From IMG/VR virus record IMGVR_UViG_3300027806_000035, positions 1-64,000 of that record: a stretch of DNA of 64,000 nucleotides. One strand, written 5' to 3'. Of the stretch, positions 1 through 8,662 are shown piece after piece. The notes beneath the pieces are model-generated. The model saw nothing but the letters and a program-made list of their open reading frames with translations, made no database searches and was not told where the DNA came from. The DNA comes from a virus. The position numbers and the translations under genes are program-made. Every line of letters begins with the position of its first letter. Position 1 is the first letter of the stretch.

Positions 1-462
1 GATAGTGAACAGCTTATGAATGCAATTATCAGGATCAAGCAGCGCATTGATCTGGGCATCGTTTAGCCCGACCTGCTTCGCTTGAATGACGATTTTCGCT
101 TTAGCAACATTGTGCAGCGAAACACGCCAGGTAACTTCGCGCTTAATCAGCTTGTAGAACGAGTTGTAGACATTGATCTTTCGGCTCAGCTGGTTGAGCT
201 TGGATTCAATGTGCTCCCTATCCTGACTGCTAGCATGTGCAGCTTTTTGCAGCTCGATCGTGAACTCGTTGACAGCCTTGAACATGGACTGCCGATCACA
301 ATAAATTTCGTGATACAGCGTTCGCAGATCGTCAACATGGATGGTCGCCAGCTCGGTCACATAAACAGTGCGACCAAGCGCTTCGCTCTGAATGCGAAAT
401 GCGTGAGGCTTGCGATTTTCTGGATTGTCGTCGTGATGAATGGCTTTGCTGGATGTTTGCAT
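1..462 (-). CDS. Hypothetical phage protein, 3'-truncated by window edge
   Basis: Open minus-strand frame MQTSSKAIHH... from ATG 462, 4 nt after the dNMP kinase stop, running off the window; not in the ORF track. Confidence 0.6.
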   Translation of the reverse strand, partial: MQTSSKAIHHDDNPENRKPHAFRIQSEALGRTVYVTELATIHVDDLRTLYHEIYCDRQSMFKAVNEFTIELQKAAHASSQDREHIESKLNQLSRKINVYNSFYKLIKREVTWRVSLHNVAKAKIVIQAKQVGLNDAQINALLDPDNCIHKLFTI

Positions 463-466
463 GTAA

Positions 467-1018
467 TCAGCTAATGATTTGTTTTACGGATTCGTACAGA
501 TCGTCAAGCGTGCCATTGTTGTCAATGACGTGATCCCAGTCAGCAAAAGAAGATAGCTCTACGTCCGACTGGTGGGTATCGCTCAGGGAGCTGCGATCAT
601 TTTCGCGATGAACATGAACAAGTAAAAACTTCTTACTCATGAGCAATGCGGCTTCATTGCGAAACCGCATGTCGTCAACAACGATCGGATACTTGCTTGA
701 ATGGCGGTCAAACTTTTGTTCAAACGCATCCAGCCAAGTTGTTTCCTTGACAAGACTGCGGCCCCATTCTGTGCCAAGCGTGCGGGCAAGATGCCTGTAG
801 CTTTTGCCAACGCCAGGGATGGGCGTTTCTTTTGCTTCGTAGCAATAGTGCTCAATGTCCTCAATGTTGAGGCCGTGGTGCATCAAGAAAGTTTCCACCA
901 TCTCAAGCAAAGGAGATGCGAAACTCAGGGCCTGATAGCCATGGCAATGAACAAGGTAGTGGGCAATAGTTGATTTACCCTGTTGCGGCGTTGAACTCCA
1001 GAGAGCGATGTGCTTCAT
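467..1018 (-). CDS. Deoxynucleoside monophosphate kinase (T4 gp1-like)
   Basis: P-loop (QQGKST), SFASPL, R..ARTLGTEWGR, DDMRFRNE, H.S and IDNNGTLDDL motifs typical of phage dNMP kinases. Confidence 0.85.
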   Translation of the reverse strand: MKHIALWSSTPQQGKSTIAHYLVHCHGYQALSFASPLLEMVETFLMHHGLNIEDIEHYCYEAKETPIPGVGKSYRHLARTLGTEWGRSLVKETTWLDAFEQKFDRHSSKYPIVVDDMRFRNEAALLMSKKFLLVHVHRENDRSSLSDTHQSDVELSSFADWDHVIDNNGTLDDLYESVKQIIS

Positions 1019-1137
1019 TTGATAATCTTTGATGTGTAGTAGACCAGCAAAATGACTGCACAGACGACAGCAGCGGCTAAACCGGCAACTATTGTGGCCA
1101 GCAGTGAGATTTGTGCTACCTGAATGGCATTTTCCAT
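1015..1137 (-). CDS. Small hydrophobic (single-TM) protein, 40 aa
   Basis: MENAIQVAQISLLATIVAGLAAAVVCAVILLVYYTSKIIK; ATGA overlap with the kinase start. Confidence 0.5.
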   Translation of the reverse strand: MENAIQVAQISLLATIVAGLAAAVVCAVILLVYYTSKIIK

Positions 1138-1147
1138 ATCCGGCTGT

Positions 1148-1234
1148 CTAAGGTAGATGTATGCAAACAATAAGGAACACAAAAATGGTTACTACCAGCA
1201 ATAAGATCATTGCCACGCTGACAGGATCAGCCAT
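1148..1234 (-). CDS. Small hydrophobic peptide, 28 aa
   Basis: MADPVSVAMILLLVVTIFVFLIVCIHLP; TGATG overlap with the upstream stop. Confidence 0.4.
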   Translation of the reverse strand: MADPVSVAMILLLVVTIFVFLIVCIHLP

Positions 1235-1515
1235 CAACCCAGCTCCCGAAACGGGCTTGAATGGCCGCCCAGGAGATCGACTGCCTCCAGCTCCCGGAAG
1301 TACCGGCGGCGGGCTTGGTGGGCCAGCTGGGCGCGGCTCAGGGCCTCCAGGTGAAAGGGGTTCGCGTCTTGAATGGTCGCCGGAGCCGGACCGCTCCTCT
1401 CGGCCAGCGCATCAGCCTCTTTTTCAAGAATCAGAGCCTCTGCGCCATACAAGTGAGCGCGAGCCGTGATGCAGTTACGCAGCTTGACTGACAGTTGATA
1501 ATCCATTTGGTTCAA
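1234..1515 (-). CDS. Hypothetical protein
   Basis: Tiles the minus-strand operon. Confidence 0.5.
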   Translation of the reverse strand: MNQMDYQLSVKLRNCITARAHLYGAEALILEKEADALAERSGPAPATIQDANPFHLEALSRAQLAHQARRRYFRELEAVDLLGGHSSPFRELG

Positions 1516-2110
1516 TTCGTTTCCAGTGATAACCAGCGCATGTTCCGCCGACTTTCATCGCTGAATGGATGCCCTGAGACGTTGCAAAAACATCCCTGGC
1601 GGCGGCGGTGACGCTTTCGTAGATGCGACCGCTTTCGACGGCCTGAACCATCTTACCAGATCCACGGGGTTTCGGGAAGTTCTGGGCGATGAAATCCGCA
1701 AGATCCTCGTCCTCCAGGAGCATAAAAAGCCTCTGGCGATCAATTCCACCGAACACGCTTGGACGATTGCGGGCAAGGGCAACGACATCAGCACGCCTGA
1801 AATAGCGCCTTGACTTGCTGCCCGCATTTTTGTAGGACTCAATCAGCCCTTTCTCTGCCCATCGCTGCGGAACGTCAATGCTGGTGCCCAAGGTACTTGC
1901 AATGTACGAAGCGGCTATCCAGTCGCCCTCGGCCTTGCGTGAAACCTTGCGCCTGCCCATCGCACTTGCGATAGACTGCCTAGTGCGCTCTGTATAGCCA
2001 TTCTTCTTTGCCCATCTGTTGTAGGCGCTGAAGATCATGGTTGGCAAAACATTGCCTGCAATAGACTCAAGGGCAGCTTTTTCTTCTGGCGACCAGAACA
2101 CTTTTTTCAT
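1475..2110 (-). CDS. Multi-domain DNA-binding protein (Myb-like N-term, excisionase-like HTH, C-terminal NUMOD1-like domain)
   Basis: WSPEEKAAL; IASTLG..VPQRW..GLI..RRYFRRADV; GRIYESVTAAAR..GYHW; ATGA overlap at start. Confidence 0.6.
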   Translation of the reverse strand: MKKVFWSPEEKAALESIAGNVLPTMIFSAYNRWAKKNGYTERTRQSIASAMGRRKVSRKAEGDWIAASYIASTLGTSIDVPQRWAEKGLIESYKNAGSKSRRYFRRADVVALARNRPSVFGGIDRQRLFMLLEDEDLADFIAQNFPKPRGSGKMVQAVESGRIYESVTAAARDVFATSQGIHSAMKVGGTCAGYHWKRIEPNGLSTVSQAA

Positions 2111-2499
2111 GGAATCCTCCATGCGTGACTGGAGATGCCGGGATGCGAAAGTTCACGGGTTCCGTGCAGTTGCTTGAGAGCCCTGCTTACCCTGTGACGC
2201 CAGGTTTCACGACCTGCATTGTTGATAGGCTTGAGATCGCCGGAATTCAAGTCAACGCCGCCATCGGCAACCCAAGAAAATACATCCTTTGATCGAAAGA
2301 TCGTTCCGCTTGGAAACCTTTTAATCCATTGACGAAGGATTGATTTCCAAGCGGCTACATCCTTGGCCTCACTCAAAACTGCTGCTCCTCCTGTTGGGAT
2401 TCGCTTTTGACATGCTGCAGTAGATACTGCGCCCATCCGATGTGAGTTGAGATGGCGTGCTTTCCAGGAGGGGAATTTGGAAAGCTTTGTTTCCACCAC
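2107..2499 (-). CDS. Hypothetical protein, possible winged helix (Mrr N-terminal-like)
   Basis: DL..N.GRETWRHRVSRALKQL; start may be 2436. Confidence 0.45.
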   Translation of the reverse strand: MVETKLSKFPSWKARHLNSHRMGAVSTAACQKRIPTGGAAVLSEAKDVAAWKSILRQWIKRFPSGTIFRSKDVFSWVADGGVDLNSGDLKPINNAGRETWRHRVSRALKQLHGTRELSHPGISSHAWRIP

Positions 2500-2530
2500 T
2501 CACGGAAAAGAACTTCAAGCTCGGATTCGT

Positions 2531-2998
2531 TCATTGGTCCTTTGGAATCAATGTAAAGTTAGAGCAATAGGAGGCAAATGTCAAGCCCTCCTCAACCGGA
2601 TCCCTGTGCCCCAGGTCGCACGGGTCTTGCCTGATACCCCTGTAATGAGTGCATTTCCTGCAGGTTTTCCTGCCTGTTTTGGTTTTGCTTTTGAATCTTG
2701 GTATCTCAGGGTGGATGTTCGCGTGCATTTCACCACGGCGTATTCTGCCAATAGCGGATGCACTGCATCCATGCTTATCAGCGAGAACATACTGAGGGGA
2801 CGTATCAGTCAGGATGTCAAGGATTACCTCGTCAGACAGCCTTACCTCTGGTGCTGCACCTTTGGGTGCAATTCCATTCAGCTCGGTCCATGCAAAGTCG
2901 CAGCTCCTGCATCGGAAGCGACGACGAACATCGCCTGACTGATTCCTGCGTGTTTCAGTGACATAAGCAACGCCATTGCAGTTTTCACAAACGGCCAT
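2531..2998 (-). CDS. Zinc-ribbon (NrdR N-terminal-like) plus HTH protein, putative transcription regulator
   Basis: CENC..V.ETR..VRRRFRCRSC; LADKHGCSASAIGRIRRG HTH; C-terminal Cys cluster. Confidence 0.6.
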   Translation of the reverse strand: MAVCENCNGVAYVTETRRNQSGDVRRRFRCRSCDFAWTELNGIAPKGAAPEVRLSDEVILDILTDTSPQYVLADKHGCSASAIGRIRRGEMHANIHPEIPRFKSKTKTGRKTCRKCTHYRGIRQDPCDLGHRDPVEEGLTFASYCSNFTLIPKDQ

Positions 2999-3008
2999 CT
3001 TTAGCGTC

Positions 3009-3236
3009 CTACACCAGAAGTGGTAGTTGTTTGAACGGCAGCGGCTGCCAATGGGTTAGCGGAGATTTGGTAGGTATAAAAGATCCATTCCACTCTCCTC
3101 TACCACGTCTCCATTTACCAGGCGCGTAATCAGTCCTGATCTGTTTTGGCCAGTTGCAGATGATTACCTCTTCCGCATTTGCGCCGATGAAAAATTGACC
3201 GTCTCTTGGTGCTGTTTTAATTGGTTGCCAGGTCAT
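3009..3236 (-). CDS. DUF551-like small phage protein
   Basis: WQPIKTAPRDG ... THWQPLP. Confidence 0.7.
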   Translation of the reverse strand: MTWQPIKTAPRDGQFFIGANAEEVIICNWPKQIRTDYAPGKWRRGRGEWNGSFIPTKSPLTHWQPLPFKQLPLLV

Positions 3237-3514
3237 CAGTCTCCTCCACTAAGGCTGGGGTGAAACACGAGAGCACCTTGCACGCTGTTACGCGGGCCTC
3301 TAGGGCGTGCAATTAGTTCAAAACGTCCCATCGGCAATTCATGGAGTCCGTTCCTGTCGGCAAAGATGGAGACAGCGGCAGCCTGAAACCCGCGTGGAAG
3401 CGTGATACAGGGATACCCAGTTTCTTCTCTAATTCTGTCTTGGCGGTTGAGGTCCTCATAGATTGATTCGACAAGTTTCTTGTATTCGTCGGGATAGAGG
3501 GGTAGTTCAGCCAT
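3236..3514 (-). CDS. Hypothetical protein
   Basis: Tiles operon; CCAACCAA leader before ATG 3514. Confidence 0.55.
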   Translation of the reverse strand: MAELPLYPDEYKKLVESIYEDLNRQDRIREETGYPCITLPRGFQAAAVSIFADRNGLHELPMGRFELIARPRGPRNSVQGALVFHPSLSGGD

Positions 3515-4121
3515 TTGGTTGGTCACTTTCAATACCGAATTGGTGAGAGTTGAGCAAATCCCTTAAGCCCTTCAAGAGGGCTATGTCTTCTTTCTCAAGA
3601 GCGTGCTCATTTTCAATCATGTAGACAATGATGCGAATCAACTCTGCTGGACTTGCATTGCTTTTGACAAGATTGGCTCGCCTACTGATAACTCTGACAT
3701 TATCGGGGGTATATCCACGCTGATTGTTAATCCTGTCCAGACTAGCAGAGCTTGAATTAAGGCTACTATTGCGGGGGCCGGTGCCAGTTCCATCGGTAAT
3801 TTTGATGCCACGAATGGGGCAAACTTCAGGAATCACAATGTCATCAACCGTTAGCGTGAACTCAAGGCCAAACTTGTTGGCTCGTTGCCTTGCTGCGTAC
3901 AAGAGTTTCAGTCGCGGATCAATTCTCTTATACCGCTCAATTGCACACTTCGGGCACATGGAAACTATTGACGTTCCTAGAATGGTCTTTCTTTTGTTTT
4001 TCGCTGGATAAAAGTCAACAACTGGCAAGAGTTGCTTGCAATCTGAGCAAGGTGCCAACAGAGGGCATGGCGTATCTATTTTTGTTGTCCAACCAGACGG
4101 GAATGTTCGCACGTTGTTCAT
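3507..4121 (-). CDS. HNH (homing) endonuclease with N-terminal Zn finger
   Basis: CSDC..CPKC; CPIRG; SLDRINNQRGYTPDNVRVISRRANLVKSN; lower GC than flanks. Confidence 0.8.
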   Translation of the reverse strand: MNNVRTFPSGWTTKIDTPCPLLAPCSDCKQLLPVVDFYPAKNKRKTILGTSIVSMCPKCAIERYKRIDPRLKLLYAARQRANKFGLEFTLTVDDIVIPEVCPIRGIKITDGTGTGPRNSSLNSSSASLDRINNQRGYTPDNVRVISRRANLVKSNASPAELIRIIVYMIENEHALEKEDIALLKGLRDLLNSHQFGIESDQPNG

Positions 4122-4417
4122 GTTTCACCGTTGGGGTAAACGTTCTCACTTGTGGATTGGTCGCCCCGCTCTGCCCGCTCTGCCTCAGCGGCGAGCAGGG
4201 CGCGGAGGCGTTGGCGTTCATCTTGCTTAATGGACGAAGTTGAATAGCATCCTCGTGGAAGATTGTCGGTTATCGGAGTTTCCTCCGGCACCAGCCAGTC
4301 ACGCAGGGCGCGGATCAGCATGGCAATCAACTTGCGCCGCAAAAGGCCGTGAATGACCATGTATGCGTCGCAGCTTTCAATCACCTCCCACAGCGGCGGG
4401 CGGTTGGTGTCGCTCAT
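4118..4417 (-). CDS. Hypothetical protein
   Basis: MSDTNRPPLWEV... overlaps neighbours in operon fashion. Confidence 0.55.
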   Translation of the reverse strand: MSDTNRPPLWEVIESCDAYMVIHGLLRRKLIAMLIRALRDWLVPEETPITDNLPRGCYSTSSIKQDERQRLRALLAAEAERAERGDQSTSENVYPNGET

Positions 4418-4913
4418 GGCTGGGACCCCCCCCCGCAGGCAGGGGCAGGGCGTGGGCGGGGAGCACAAAGCCATCGGACAGCGGCTCAGGGCGAACCAGC
4501 CACCAGCGGAGTGGTGGACCGTCAAGCGTCGACATGCACCAGCACCGGCCATCGCCATCGCACCACCCCTCGCGCTCCCAGGGCCGCTCGCTCACCGATA
4601 CCGGCTGCAGCGCCAGGCGGGTGAGGATGTCAGCGGCGCGCCTAAGCAGGCCAGCCCAGAGCGGCGAGCACTCGCTGGAGTACACGCGCAACTTGTCCAC
4701 CAACTCCCCCACCTCCCCTTCAGCAACCGGCGGGGGAGCGGAGACGGGCACCGTGGACGCATTTAGTACATCAGGATGATGCCCAACAAGCAGCGCCAGG
4801 GAGTCCAGCTCTTCGTTGCCGAACGTGTTGCCCAGGATGATTTCGCACATGCGGCGAACGAGCGCGGCTTCCCCCACCCCTCGCTGTGTTGCTGCCTCGA
4901 TCGGTTCTTTCAT
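4377..4913 (-). CDS. Hypothetical mosaic phage protein
   Basis: PVSVSERPWEREGWCD..GRCW..LPAHALPLP C-terminal module. Confidence 0.55.
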   Translation of the reverse strand: MKEPIEAATQRGVGEAALVRRMCEIILGNTFGNEELDSLALLVGHHPDVLNASTVPVSAPPPVAEGEVGELVDKLRVYSSECSPLWAGLLRRAADILTRLALQPVSVSERPWEREGWCDGDGRCWCMSTLDGPPLRWWLVRPEPLSDGFVLPAHALPLPAGGGPSHERHQPPAAVGGD

Positions 4914-5443
4914 TAGTCAATCCAGTGATTTTCAAGACGATGAATAATGGCGTTCAAGTGAGCCTCATACGGATCTTCAAATGTACCGACGTGAATCTTT
5001 TTTCCGGTTCGTGGATGCTTATATTGTGCCCTGGTCTTTCTTCCAGATGGAGGTGCAGGCGAAATAAAGCGCCAAGGCATGGATCCCCTAGTTGATCTAT
5101 TTTTCATGTTTGTTGAGCGGCTGGCCCATCTTAGATTTCCTATTAAATTATTGCTTGGATTCCTATCTATGTGATCCACCTCGCTACATCCTGGCGGTAG
5201 CATGATTCCGTTCATCACGAGAACCAGCTGGTGACAAGAATACTGAACTCCGAAAAGCTCAATCCTGTAGTACCCCTGAAAATTTCTCCATCCAGCCGGT
5301 CGGCCTACATTGGAATTTGGCTTGTTACGGTTTGACTTTTTCCAGCGAAGTCCACTTGGAACGGCTGGATCAAGCTCAAGGCAATCCTGCAGCAGCTCCA
5401 AGGGAGGAATTTTCTTCTTGATGCAGCTGTGTTCAGTCTTCAT
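4913..5443 (-). CDS. HNH homing endonuclease (HNH_3 plus AP2-like C-terminal domain)
   Basis: GLRWK..GRPAG..GYYRI; EVDHIDRNPSNNLIGNLRWA..N; KKIHVGTFEDPYEA; GGAG SD before ATG 5443. Confidence 0.85.
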   Translation of the reverse strand: MKTEHSCIKKKIPPLELLQDCLELDPAVPSGLRWKKSNRNKPNSNVGRPAGWRNFQGYYRIELFGVQYSCHQLVLVMNGIMLPPGCSEVDHIDRNPSNNLIGNLRWASRSTNMKNRSTRGSMPWRFISPAPPSGRKTRAQYKHPRTGKKIHVGTFEDPYEAHLNAIIHRLENHWID

Positions 5444-6167
5444 TTTTTTCTCCACTAGAAGTGGCGGCCGGTAGCGCGGGCTGGTGGCCGTAGCGGGCGA
5501 GTTCCTTGCGGACGTAATCCAGCGCATTGCCAAAATCGCTGTCGTACATAAACCGTTCGCCTTGATAGCCAACGGTTTGATATTTGTCCCATGAACGCTC
5601 AACAAGCGCATCCCATTCGTCATCCGTCACCCCCTCCCCCTGCGGCTCGGCCAGGGCGGCGCGGGCCTTGTCCGCCAGAACGGAGCGGTACAGGTGCTGC
5701 TCGTAGTCAGCCAGCAGCTCAGCGCACAGCGCTCTCCAGTCAGTCATCAGTCGTCTCCGTGGCGCCGGGGCGGGGCGGTCCCATCGGGCGAGGGCGGCGA
5801 GGGCGAGATCTACGGCATGGCGGTTGAGGATGGTGCGCATCGCGCCCATGGCGCGACGGCTGACAGTGCCGGCCTGAAACCCCAGGGCACGTGCCGCAGC
5901 GGCCAGGTCATCGTGCATCTGTTGGGGCATCAGCCCCATGATGTCATCATCGCTAGGCTCCCCAGCGACGGAGGCCGGTTCCCTGCCCTCGGGCACAGCC
6001 GGTCCATCGCCTGCAGCCAGGGCAGCGCGGGCGCGGTCCGCTACGCCAAAGTCAATCTCTACGGCTTCGCTGAGCGACACCAGATCGCCCTTCCAGTCGT
6101 ACTGCCACGGCAGCTCATCCCATGCTTCCAGTAGCTCAGCGCATAGAGCTTTCCAGTCAGTGCTCAT
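5433..6167 (-). CDS. Fused TDW[KR]ALCAEL-module protein (internal start possible at 5747)
   Basis: Two tandem modules, MSTDWKALCAELL and MTDWRALCAELL. Confidence 0.6.
   Translation of the reverse strand: MSTDWKALCAELLEAWDELPWQYDWKGDLVSLSEAVEIDFGVADRARAALAAGDGPAVPEGREPASVAGEPSDDDIMGLMPQQMHDDLAAAARALGFQAGTVSRRAMGAMRTILNRHAVDLALAALARWDRPAPAPRRRLMTDWRALCAELLADYEQHLYRSVLADKARAALAEPQGEGVTDDEWDALVERSWDKYQTVGYQGERFMYDSDFGNALDYVRKELARYGHQPALPAATSSGEKNED
5731..5762. repeat. 32-bp direct repeat, copy 1 (identical copy 6530-6561, variant 6148-6182)
   Basis: gctctccagtcagtcatcagtcgtctccgtgg read at both positions. Confidence 0.9.
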
Positions 6168-6546
6168 TGGTCGTCTCCGTGGTGATGGTGGTGATGGTGA
6201 TTAGGGCGGGGCGACGATTCCAAGCGTTTATGGCCGACTGCCGAAACGGTTGCCAGTAACTATCAGGCAGCTCCTCCTCTGGTTCTGGGGCGCGATCACC
6301 AAAAACACAGGCGCTGCAACTGGAGCAGCGAACAAACCACAGCAGTCTGTGATCTTCCAGATTGGCCCGGCTTCCACAGAATGGGCAGGGCAAAAGGGTT
6401 GACTGCGGCATAGGCCCCTCCCCCTGCGGCTCAGCCAGGGCGGCGCGGGCGCGGTAGAGCAGGGAGCGATCGTGCATCGGGCTGGCTGTTTTGTAGCCAT
6501 GCAGCTCATTGGTCAGCTCAGTACACAGTGCTCTCCAGTCAGTCAT
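6157..6546 (-). CDS. MTDWRALC-module protein fused to a Lar (restriction alleviation)-like Zn domain
   Basis: LLPCPFCGS..VRCSSC..AINAWNRR. Confidence 0.7.
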   Translation of the reverse strand: MTDWRALCTELTNELHGYKTASPMHDRSLLYRARAALAEPQGEGPMPQSTLLPCPFCGSRANLEDHRLLWFVRCSSCSACVFGDRAPEPEEELPDSYWQPFRQSAINAWNRRPALITITTITTETTNEH

Positions 6547-6760
6547 CAGTCGTCTCCGTGGTGTTGGTGGGGTCGGCGGACAGCTCGGGGGTAGTGTTCT
6601 CGACATAGGCTGTGGGCCGCCGCTCGCCACTGGTGTCCCACCACCAGTCACCCCAGAAGGTCCAGCTACTGCACGTTCGGCGGGTGTCAGAGTTGACCCA
6701 GGCAAAGCGGCCAATGTTGCCATTTCCGTGGCGGTCCAGATAGATAGGCGAGATGGCCAT
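6539..6760 (-). CDS. Hypothetical Trp-rich protein
   Basis: ATGACTGA overlap with next gene; ends TTETTDD, like the TTETTNEH end of its neighbour. Confidence 0.5.
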   Translation of the reverse strand: MAISPIYLDRHGNGNIGRFAWVNSDTRRTCSSWTFWGDWWWDTSGERRPTAYVENTTPELSADPTNTTETTDD

Positions 6761-6795
6761 AGCTGTAGAAGATGATCGGTCTTATGGAGTGGCGG

Positions 6796-7164
6796 TCAGT
6801 CAGGCAGCGCCTCAAGGGCGTGGCGGATCGCATTGGTCTGAGCGCCGTTCCTGGGAACTGCATCGCCAGCCTGAATAGCGGCCAGCGCTTCAAGCGCCTG
6901 CTCCTTCAGGCTTTGCGGCTTCGGGCGGCGGGCGGCGCGGAGGTGGCCAATTCGGGTTTCAAATAGGCCGTTGTTGCGCAGCCACTCACAGCACGCTTCC
7001 AGCTCCTGATCGGCGCCCCAGCGGGCGGCTTGGGTGGCGATGTGCTCATCCCGTGCATCATCAATGTCGCAAGGGCACGGATTTTCGTCATCAGGGAATG
7101 AATTGAGCGCTTCGTCTCTCCATTTCTCCACCAGCTCAGGAGGTGGGGTGACTGGATGTTCCAT
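6796..7164 (-). CDS. Hypothetical cyanophage-type protein
   Basis: HPVTPPPELV..ARWGADQELEACCEWL..LRAARRPKP. Confidence 0.6.
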   Translation of the reverse strand: MEHPVTPPPELVEKWRDEALNSFPDDENPCPCDIDDARDEHIATQAARWGADQELEACCEWLRNNGLFETRIGHLRAARRPKPQSLKEQALEALAAIQAGDAVPRNGAQTNAIRHALEALPD

Positions 7165-7181
7165 GGTGTTAGTGGTTTGCT

Positions 7182-7775
7182 TTACTGCTGGATGGCGAGA
7201 ACACCCTGCAGAAACTCGCGAGCCTGCTCGTCGCCCTCAAAGAAGTGACTGTGCGCTTCTGCGCCGAGCAGGTACAAGCCAGCAACTTCCGTGCCCAGCG
7301 CGGACTCAAGAAGTCGGCCGGGTTCACCGGCTAGATGCACGGCCCATCCGGCCATGCAATGCGTGGTTTCACATGAATGCCAGGCAGTCATCTTGAGCGC
7401 ATTTGGCTTTAGCGCTGCTCGGGCAACCGCCTGCAATCGCTCCGAGGCATCGGCCGCAACAGGGAGGCCAACGGCATCCTCCAGGTAGGCACCCCTCAGG
7501 TCGGCATCCCTCAGGTCGGCACCGCTCAGGTCGGCATCCCTCAGGTCGGCATCCCTCAGGTCGGCACGCCTCAGGTCGGCACGCCTCAGGTCGGCACCGC
7601 TCAGGTAGGCACCCCTCAGGTCGGCACGCCTCAGGTCGGCACCGCTCAGGTCGGCATCCCTCAGGTCGGCATCCCTCAGGTCGGCATCCCTCAGAATTAG
7701 CCGCTGGCCAGCGGCGTCGCCACTCAGCCACTTCTGATGGCTCGCGAGTTGTTCGGGTGTTGGCAGTGATGTCAT
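7182..7775 (-). CDS. Pentapeptide repeat protein
   Basis: About 14 tandem A[DY]L[RS]x repeats; C-terminal TTHCMAGW domain. Confidence 0.9.
   Translation of the reverse strand: MTSLPTPEQLASHQKWLSGDAAGQRLILRDADLRDADLRDADLSGADLRRADLRGAYLSGADLRRADLRRADLRDADLRDADLSGADLRDADLRGAYLEDAVGLPVAADASERLQAVARAALKPNALKMTAWHSCETTHCMAGWAVHLAGEPGRLLESALGTEVAGLYLLGAEAHSHFFEGDEQAREFLQGVLAIQQ
7490..7695. repeat. 15-bp tandem repeat encoding pentapeptides
   Basis: (tcaggtcggcatccc)n with variants. Confidence 0.9.
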
Positions 7776-7814
7776 GGATGGATTGCACAGGTGAGTTCAG
7801 TGTTGCCAGCGACT

Positions 7815-8504
7815 TCAGGTGATAGCCCACGAAGTAGCCGCCGTGATCACGCCGGACCCAAGCGACACGCCATCAAGCACGAACGCCGTATCATCACCGC
7901 AATAAACAATGGTCGATCCATTGGATTGCGCGTAGCGATAGCTAGCACCGTGCGTAAGTTTCACCCTGTCCTCCGCAACAGAGAAGTCCATAATTCTCGC
8001 GTAATCATTCGGACCGCCACCGACATAGCACCCAACTACATCGAAAACATCATTTCCACGACCGCCCCAGAGCTTGTCGATTTCTCCGCTGCCGATCCCG
8101 CCAACCAGCGTGTCATTGCCCGCGCCGCCCTGGAGCAGATCGTTTCCGGCGCCGCCACGCAGCAGGTCGTCGTCAGCGCCTCCCCCGAGGCTGTCATTGC
8201 CTGCTCCGCCGATCAGGGTGTCCCGGCCTGCCAGGCCGCAGAGCAGGTCATCTCCCTGGCCTCCTACGAGGCTGTCGTTGCCATCGCCGCCGATCAGCGT
8301 GTCATTGCCCAGGCCGCCGAGCAGCGTGTCGTTGCCGGCGCCGCCGTCAAGGCTGTCGTTGCCAGCGCCACCATCAAGGCAGTCACTGCCGGCATCTCCA
8401 AGAACAGTGTCATTGCCACCGAGGCTTGAGATTGCGTCGCTGACGCTTGTGCCAACAATGCTGTCGGCAAATTCGGTGATGGGAAAACGGGGAACCGAGG
8501 TCAT
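7815..8504 (-). CDS. RTX / hemolysin-type calcium-binding repeat protein
   Basis: About 12 GGxGNDxLx nonapeptides, then a D.ARIMDF..D.V.L C-terminal segment. Confidence 0.9.
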   Translation of the reverse strand: MTSVPRFPITEFADSIVGTSVSDAISSLGGNDTVLGDAGSDCLDGGAGNDSLDGGAGNDTLLGGLGNDTLIGGDGNDSLVGGQGDDLLCGLAGRDTLIGGAGNDSLGGGADDDLLRGGAGNDLLQGGAGNDTLVGGIGSGEIDKLWGGRGNDVFDVVGCYVGGGPNDYARIMDFSVAEDRVKLTHGASYRYAQSNGSTIVYCGDDTAFVLDGVSLGSGVITAATSWAIT

Positions 8505-8662
8505 GGGATTTGCGTTGGTTGGATTGAGGGAACGGGGTGGAGCAGGCCGATGAGGAGCGAGAACTGATAGCCGCCCGCAAGCCCGATCATATCACGGAAT
8601 GGGAGGGCGGGCCATAGCAGCGCCATCGCTTACTGAATTTGGATCGCCGGAATCGCCGGAAC

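Noticed and set aside
7490-7695. Possible CRISPR-like array
   Set aside because: Contiguous 15-bp units with no unique spacers; fully explained by pentapeptide coding
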